NCBI GenBank assembly: GCA_000165425.1
Contig: CT868363.1
Location: 310,001-374,000, forward strand
From: Paramecium tetraurelia
Taxonomy: Eukaryota
Reading direction: 5' to 3'
Length of the DNA stretch: 64,000 bases
The stretch's first letter is position 1; every line of letters begins with the position of its first letter. Under the pieces are notes generated by a model that saw only the letters and a list, made by a program, of their open reading frames with translations, searched no databases and was not told the origin of the DNA. Positions 57,064 through 64,000 of the stretch are shown here, piece after piece. Both the position numbers and the translations under genes were made by a program.

Positions 57064-60000
57064 ATGGATTAGAATATACAATTGATACAAGTATGCTCAA
57101 ATGACGAGATCCTTATTTAATGCAGTGACTTGTTCCTGAGTTCGGATGGATTTTATCCCCCTTTCATAAAAATGAAGTTCATGCAAAAATTATTATTAGA
57201 TCTCAATTGCAAATAGAAAATATGATATTTCATATCTTTCCAGTTTAATTTGATAACGACGACATCCAGAAACTCAATCAATAGGAATATATACAATACT
57301 CACAAGATATAGTAATACAATTAGCTAAATCTAATAAATTTATTTGTGTTATTGTGCATAATGACAAATATATACTCTCCTTAACTAATAATATTGATAG
57401 AACAACACTTTTCAGAATATAGCCTTGTTATAAATCTTAAATTTAAGTAATCGATCCTTATTATTAAAGAATTCCAATAAAGTTTCATTTGATGATGATA
57501 TATTTTTGATGTATTCTCCTGAAAATATTACATTGTAAACTCTAGAATAATAATCAGATCTATTTGTAAATGTGAACGAGAATGTGAAACAAACTTCCGA
57601 TTTTATAATCTCAACAACCAAATAAACCACATTCTAATTGAAAAAGCATCTCAAAGATAATTAATCTACTTCATTTTGCTATGGCAGCCTAATTAAAATT
57701 AAATAAATCGAAAGAGACTCTTATTTAGAGTTGACTACCAATGAAAATATTCAATAGAATCCTCAAAACAACAACTTACATATGACAGATGTGCAAACTC
57801 AATATTAGCGAATTTACTCAAAAAATAAGACAATCTTTTGGAGATCGGGTGAAAGAAATTAATAAAATATAGATTTATTAATCTATGATATATGGAGACT
57901 GTATCATCCTTAAAAGATCAATTAATAGATCAAATAAGGAGATTAATTTTATCTATAAAATTTGTCTGGCAATTTCTATTTGAATGGAGATTAGATTTGC
58001 TAGAATTATTAAGAGGCTTCCCTCTTTTCATTAATTGAAGAAGAGAGCATCAATAACAAACTCTTTTACATTCTTTGGAATAATCAATATTTGAGTTATA
58101 AAATTATTAATGAAAATAATTTTAATTAGATTCAGGATAAACAATTGGTCGAATACAAATCAAAAAAATCTAAATTAGACTTATTACAATTTGATCTCAT
58201 TTCAAATGTGGATTTCGTCCACTAAAATTGGTTAGACAATATAGTTCATTTGATTTATCAAATAAACCTTAAATATTAGTTGCACTACGATGATATCAAT
58301 TCATTTATCAAGAATTAATCAATTAATGATGGAAAATTTGATGAACTCTTCTTTGAATTATAGTAATTGGAAATTGTATTGAATGATCTTACTATATTCT
58401 GTGTTGCCGATGAGGAGAAACCAAAAATAATAGATAAAAATGCAATTTATTATTTGAAGATGAATCAATATAATTAGGATTTACTAAGAAAAAAGGTTAT
58501 TGTTTAATCCCTCATTGAGTTTATTGAAATTGTGAAATGGTCATATGATTACACCTAAATTATTGAGTAAAATAAAATCGAATCCAACAATGATATACCA
58601 ATATAAGAGCATAATATTCAATTCTTATTTCAATTAAATACTATTCTTAACTAAACATTCCTTTTTTTTGAAGCCTTTAGTTCAAACAATGATTATAACA
58701 GTCAAATAATATTTTTAGCCTACTTTAAATTAAAACAATATTTAGGATACAATGTTGGAGCATTTTATTGTTTGATTAGACTATTTGAGAACAATTCAAA
58801 TCTAATACCTGTTGCAGGTATAATGCCTTTTATTGGAGAATCTGAAAAGGAGTTTGATTTGTCGTTAATCAAACGCTCCACAAGAATCAACACCATCTTA
58901 ACTAAACAATAAAATTAAACAAAATCTTAAACATTAATTGATGAGATTTTTGAAAGAGCAAATTATTGTCTCTAAATCCTAAATAAAAGATTCTGGGGTA
59001 ATATAATGAAGATATTAAGTGTTCTATGCTTACAAAATGATAAAGCATGCTTCAATAATTAGATTAATATAGGTAAGCATATTATCAAAGGGCCAAAAAT
59101 ACTATTATAAATTTTTATTAAGGAAGATAATCTAATATATGTTTAAATAGATGATAAATTGTATGAGTTGAACGAAATTTATGTTTAGAACAGCAAGGCT
59201 AATAAAGATTTCATGAAGGACATCATAGAATGCAAGAATTTCTTAGACTCCCAGTTAAATCTCATAGGCTTGTTATGTTAGGAAAGGAATTATGAGAACA
59301 TTTAGTTTTATAGGACGAAGCTACCATAAAAGACACTAATCAATTATATCAGTTATTCAGGAAATGCTGAATCATTAAGATGCAGATTAATTATCATTTT
59401 AATGAATCTATATGTTGATTGTTATCCATATCAACCTAAGTAAATTCCTAAACTTATATTCAATCTAAATAAATTATATGGTTCGGTTCAATAATCTAAT
59501 GGATTTAATGCTGAGGCCTCATCTTTAGAATTGTAGGAATTTTAGAAGTAGTCTTTTCATAAATAATTAACAAGATAATTTACAATAAATGACACCAAAG
59601 CTATTGAAAAATTGCTTACTATTACTTAAGAATTAGTTAAACTTAATTTAATCTAGTAGAATTAAATCAATCTCAGTTTAAGTGTTTGTAAAATCTTATA
59701 GATGTTTTACAAATTGTATACTTTCAATCTCCCATAAAATAAAGAATTTCATGAAAAATACTTTGATGTTAATTTATTAATATAAGCCTATACCTTATTG
59801 CCGTAATCATTAGAATAAAATCAACCTTTATAAGAATAAGTTCAACAGTTCCAACAATTTTAAGAATAAAAGGAAATATTTAATTAGATGTCCATAATTT
59901 TAATTGATTTCTTACAACTCTATTTTAAACAAAAGGAAACTAAAATTTTAACTTCGATTATTAAAACATCATAATAATTTGATTATCTTGATTTTTCATA

Positions 60001-63000
60001 GTAATATAATTACAGTCGCTATGAAAAGATCAAAGAGAACACATTTCTTTTATTGAAACATAAGTAATCATAAACTGAAACATAATTAAAGGCTTTTAAT
60101 TTGACGGAATCTCTATATTAACCCAAAAGGAATATTATTAAACGCCTGTAAAAATGCCTATTTTTGGAAAACTAAGAAGAAGTGTTAAAATATTAATTTA
60201 TAAAGTCTATGATTTTGCAATTGAAAGAATTAGAAAGTGCTGATGAAAAGTAGTAATTATATCAAAATTGCATCAATTCCTTAATAAATTTAAATCAATT
60301 GTTAAAAAAAGCAGAAAATTTATTATTGCTATAAAAGATTTTGAGAATTTTGAATGTAGATTTTATACTTTTGGATTTTCTGGAAAGTTATTAATAAATT
60401 TGTTAAGTAATTACCCAAAAATTCAATAAAAGCAACAATGACAACAGATACATTTTAGAAATTAACAACGAAGAGGAGTCAATACTGCAATTTTGCACAT
60501 AATCATTCATAATTTTAAAGTATTAATGTAATGGGAATAATTATAATAAACAAAGAATTCTAAGCAAATTTAATCAGTTCGATGAATTTTTGAAATGCAT
60601 AGATTTAGGACAATATGATTTACTTTAAGAAATCTATTCTGAATCATATGAGAATATTGAGTCAGCAAGTAGTAGGATTATTTACCTGCTCTTGGATAAT
60701 TTGAACTTTGGTTCCTTGAAAGTGTTGGAATCATTAGTCATTTAATAAAATATATCCAGCAGTAAGAATCTGTTCGAAATCATATAATAAATTTAAAATA
60801 GTAAGAAACTTAAATAATAACTTGGATTTTAAGATAATCCACTAGATAAGATCCTTTCATAGAACAAATTTTAAACATTTTAGAAGTAATTTTTAATTGG
60901 AAATATGCCATACACTTTTTAAATATAAGGTATTCAATTTGTATTGTATTTACTCAAATATTCCAACCCTTAAGGTTGTAAAGTGTTGGCTGATTCATTC
61001 CCTTTGCAGTAGGTTATTAAATATTGCACTTAATTAAAGGATATATTCAAACCTAAATTCGAAGATTTAAATTTAGCAATCTTGAATACAATTTTAAAAA
61101 CTTAGCTCATTAAACTATTTAATGTGCTTTTAAATTATAAAGAAATCATCAAGTATGATGATGAAATTCAATAAACTATTGTTTTATTCATAGATAAGGA
61201 AACTAAGGTATTTGAAAGCAAAGTAGTTGTGTTAGATCCTAAAATGAAATCTACAAATGAAGCACAAAAAATATATGATTACATTGATTCCAATTTTAAA
61301 TTCAAAATACAAAAATAGTAAAAAGAAAATTAGTAATTGTTTTAATAAATTCAATCTGGATCAGAGAATGACAGTGATGATAGTGACTCAAAGGAGGATG
61401 AGTAATTATCAGAATGTTAAAAGTAAATGGCATGCTTTTCATTATAACATAATTTTAATTGCCTCTATTTTAATGATTATGCTATGCTATTATTGAATGT
61501 TTTTCTGAACTTGGCTCAATTAATATAAGAATAAATTGAGAATTTTGAAGAGTCAAAATCTAAACCTGGGAGCAGGGCATCTTCAACTTTGGCAAGACAA
61601 ATGAGTTTATCGTAAGCATTTGCTGAGAGTATTGCCAATGACATGAATCAAAGTGTGAAATTGAAACCATTTCATAATTTGAAAGTCAAAATTGATTTAT
61701 TTTTGAAATAAATAGAGGAATATTTAAAAGCTAATTTAACGAAATGGGAAATTATAGAAAATGGACACTTTTTAATAGAAAAATCATAATAATTGAAAAT
61801 ACTATTTTTAAGAAAATTGGAATTTCAAAATTGCAATCTTGATTAAATTGAGCAACAAAAAAAGGATCAAGTTGTTGATCCATACTGTTCACCAATTTAT
61901 TGTAATGATAATAGAATTCATGAGTTGAATTTATTGAAGAACAAGTCTGAAAACAAATTTATTGACAAATAAATTAATAGTTTTTTTATAAATGAATAAA
62001 TCTTGGCAATAGAAAATTTTGATATGTACTTTTAAATCTACAAATAATAATTATTTATGAATGAGGATTTCGAAATAATAAGTGAAAATTTCTCAAAGCC
62101 TATTGTACCTTTGATTAATTGTTTTTCATCCAGTATGAACAATTTAAACAAGAATTTTAAGTCTGCCAAAAAGATATTAAAGTTTTTATGGCACATGCTG
62201 GACATCCACACCTATATTAGAGATGATTATATTTAGACAGTTAAGGTGTATGAGTTGAATAAAAAGGGAAAGTATCATTCTAAGAGTGAATAGATTCTAC
62301 AAATAAAAGCAATAAAAGCTTTTCAGAATTTACTTGTGAACTAAGGGTTCTTTGAAATCTTTTTGTAATTTTGTAATTCATATGATAAAATAAAGATTGT
62401 GCAATAATCAGAATTGTTTTTATTGAATAAGAAAAAGAAAGAGAAATTATTATATCAATTTTTATTAACTTCAATAAGATTAGTCAGAGGAATTGAATCT
62501 GCGAATTAATTTGCTTAATAAAAACTAATGCAAGAGATCCTGAAAACTAAAAGCAATTACATGTTAAAAATATTTACTAGCATTTTTGAAAGATATCAAT
62601 AGTAAGATGAAACATTAAAATTGCGATCTTTAATCTAACATGATATTAATCGAGTGTATTTGGCATATGAATTCAATGAAAATCATAGATTAGAGTAGAA
62701 AAAGAATGCGATGAAATTGGGTATTTTGTAGGTTCAAATGAAATTGATTTAACTATTAGCTGAGGATCATTATAGACCATTCTAAGATTTCTTTAGAGAA
62801 TAAATTGGATTTGCTTAGAATTATGATATCATTTAACATCTGATGAACATTTTGTTGAATTTCTTCAATTAAGAATCCTTTTATGCCTTAAGTCAGGATG
62901 ATTACATTTTGATTTTAAATTGTTTTGATTGTCTTAAAGAAAATATCTAAGGGCCTTGTCCTTAAAACTAAGAAAAGTTATGTTAACCTTAGTTTTTAAG

Positions 63001-64000
63001 GTTATGTGGTAAACTATTGGGATTTGATGATTCTTAAATTAAGTTCTTGAATCTCTATCAAAGATTCAGTAAAATTGATTAAGCTTTATTGAATTAGGAT
63101 AAAGAACGATCAAGACTGTAAACTTAAGAACAAGTCAGAAAGATTAATAATCTTCAAGATAAAACAATCATTTAGTAATAGATTATTTAGTATTATATCT
63201 AATGTCCAATCTATTGTAAATAATTAGTCACATCATTTAGAAAAAGCAATTCACTGAACTACAAATTGTTTATGCTATCTGAAATCAAATACAGATGTGC
63301 AACAACATTGGAATCATTGACTGATAATGAGTAAAATGAATCAGATATTTTAAAGAGAATTTCAATGATTATCAATGAGAAGATACTGATTCGTAATATA
63401 ACAATTTAATATGAGAAATACAAAATCTTGCATGGTTCTGGTAAAAATTACACAAACCTTGTGTTTTCTCACTTGTTAGGGGAAGATGCAAAGAATATTG
63501 AATAGGAGAAGGAGAGAAAGAAGAATATATAAAGACGAAAAGTGTAAATAAAGGATAGCAATACTTATTGGTATTAGGTAGAATAGGAAGTGACAGTGGA
63601 ATCAGCTGTAAAAGACTTTTGGGACTCCTTTATAATAGAGACGGGATTCTCCTTATTTAATCTTTTAGCCCAAGTATATTAGATGAAGGATTAAGATGTG
63701 TTGGAGAGAATATATGAGCAAATAGACAATACGAAAACTTAGAAAAAGAAATATAAATCTATAGTCTTTTATAATCTCTACAAAGCAATATTTTAGGCTT
63801 CGCAATTAACAAAGTATTTAAGTTGTTATTATTATTTAGAAATATAAGGCAGCTGTAATAAAGTGCACAACTTAGTGACAAAATTTTTAATCCTTACAAG
63901 TTAAAGAAAGCATCAGGTGAATAGGAGGCTCAATAGAAGAAATTAGGTTATAGAGCTTTAAGGTTCTTTGCAACGAGAACAGGATCTATTGAAATACTGT
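57064..64000 (+). CDS. IP3R/RyR-superfamily Ca2+-release channel (Paramecium CRC type), truncated at the window end
   Basis: Frame of over 2200 codons. N-terminal FLSSDG and FRIQPCYK; RIH-like LLCQERNYEN; RIH-associated IQLLAEDHYRPFQDFFREQ and ENIQGPCPQNQ; ends at RTGSIEI just before the expected channel domain. Confidence 0.88.

Overview
AT-rich, gene-dense ciliate macronuclear DNA, almost certainly Paramecium (aurelia complex, probably P. tetraurelia). TAA/TAG read as Gln and only TGA stops (genetic code 6). Introns are 20-30 nt GT..AG and intergenic spacers are often tens of bp. The supplied standard-code ORF track therefore shows only fragments, and the gene models here were re-translated by hand, so boundaries may be a few nt off. 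About 35 protein-coding genes were found. They include ribosomal proteins (RPL35, RPLP1, RPL19, RPS14), six kinases, chromatin factors (an ICOP-like WHIM1/WSD ISWI partner, a BAH-PHD protein, GCN5, two degenerate Myb-like paralogs), membralin, a GRIP golgin, a RING-Bbox-Kelch protein, LRRC40, a calpain-like protein, a U2AF65-like protein, SAXO-like and CFAP45 ciliary proteins, and the 5' part of an IP3R/RyR-type Ca2+-release channel. The most notable observations are: an apparently triple-inactive Trl1-type RNA-ligase homolog whose ATG and the divergent neighbour's ATG form a 22-bp perfect palindrome; a U2AF65-like protein lacking RRM2 with a dual-frame N-terminus; a His-less HPt-like protein ending in CaaX; and a MORN-PH-AGC kinase fusion. 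No RNA genes, CRISPR arrays, transposons or telomeres were recognised.
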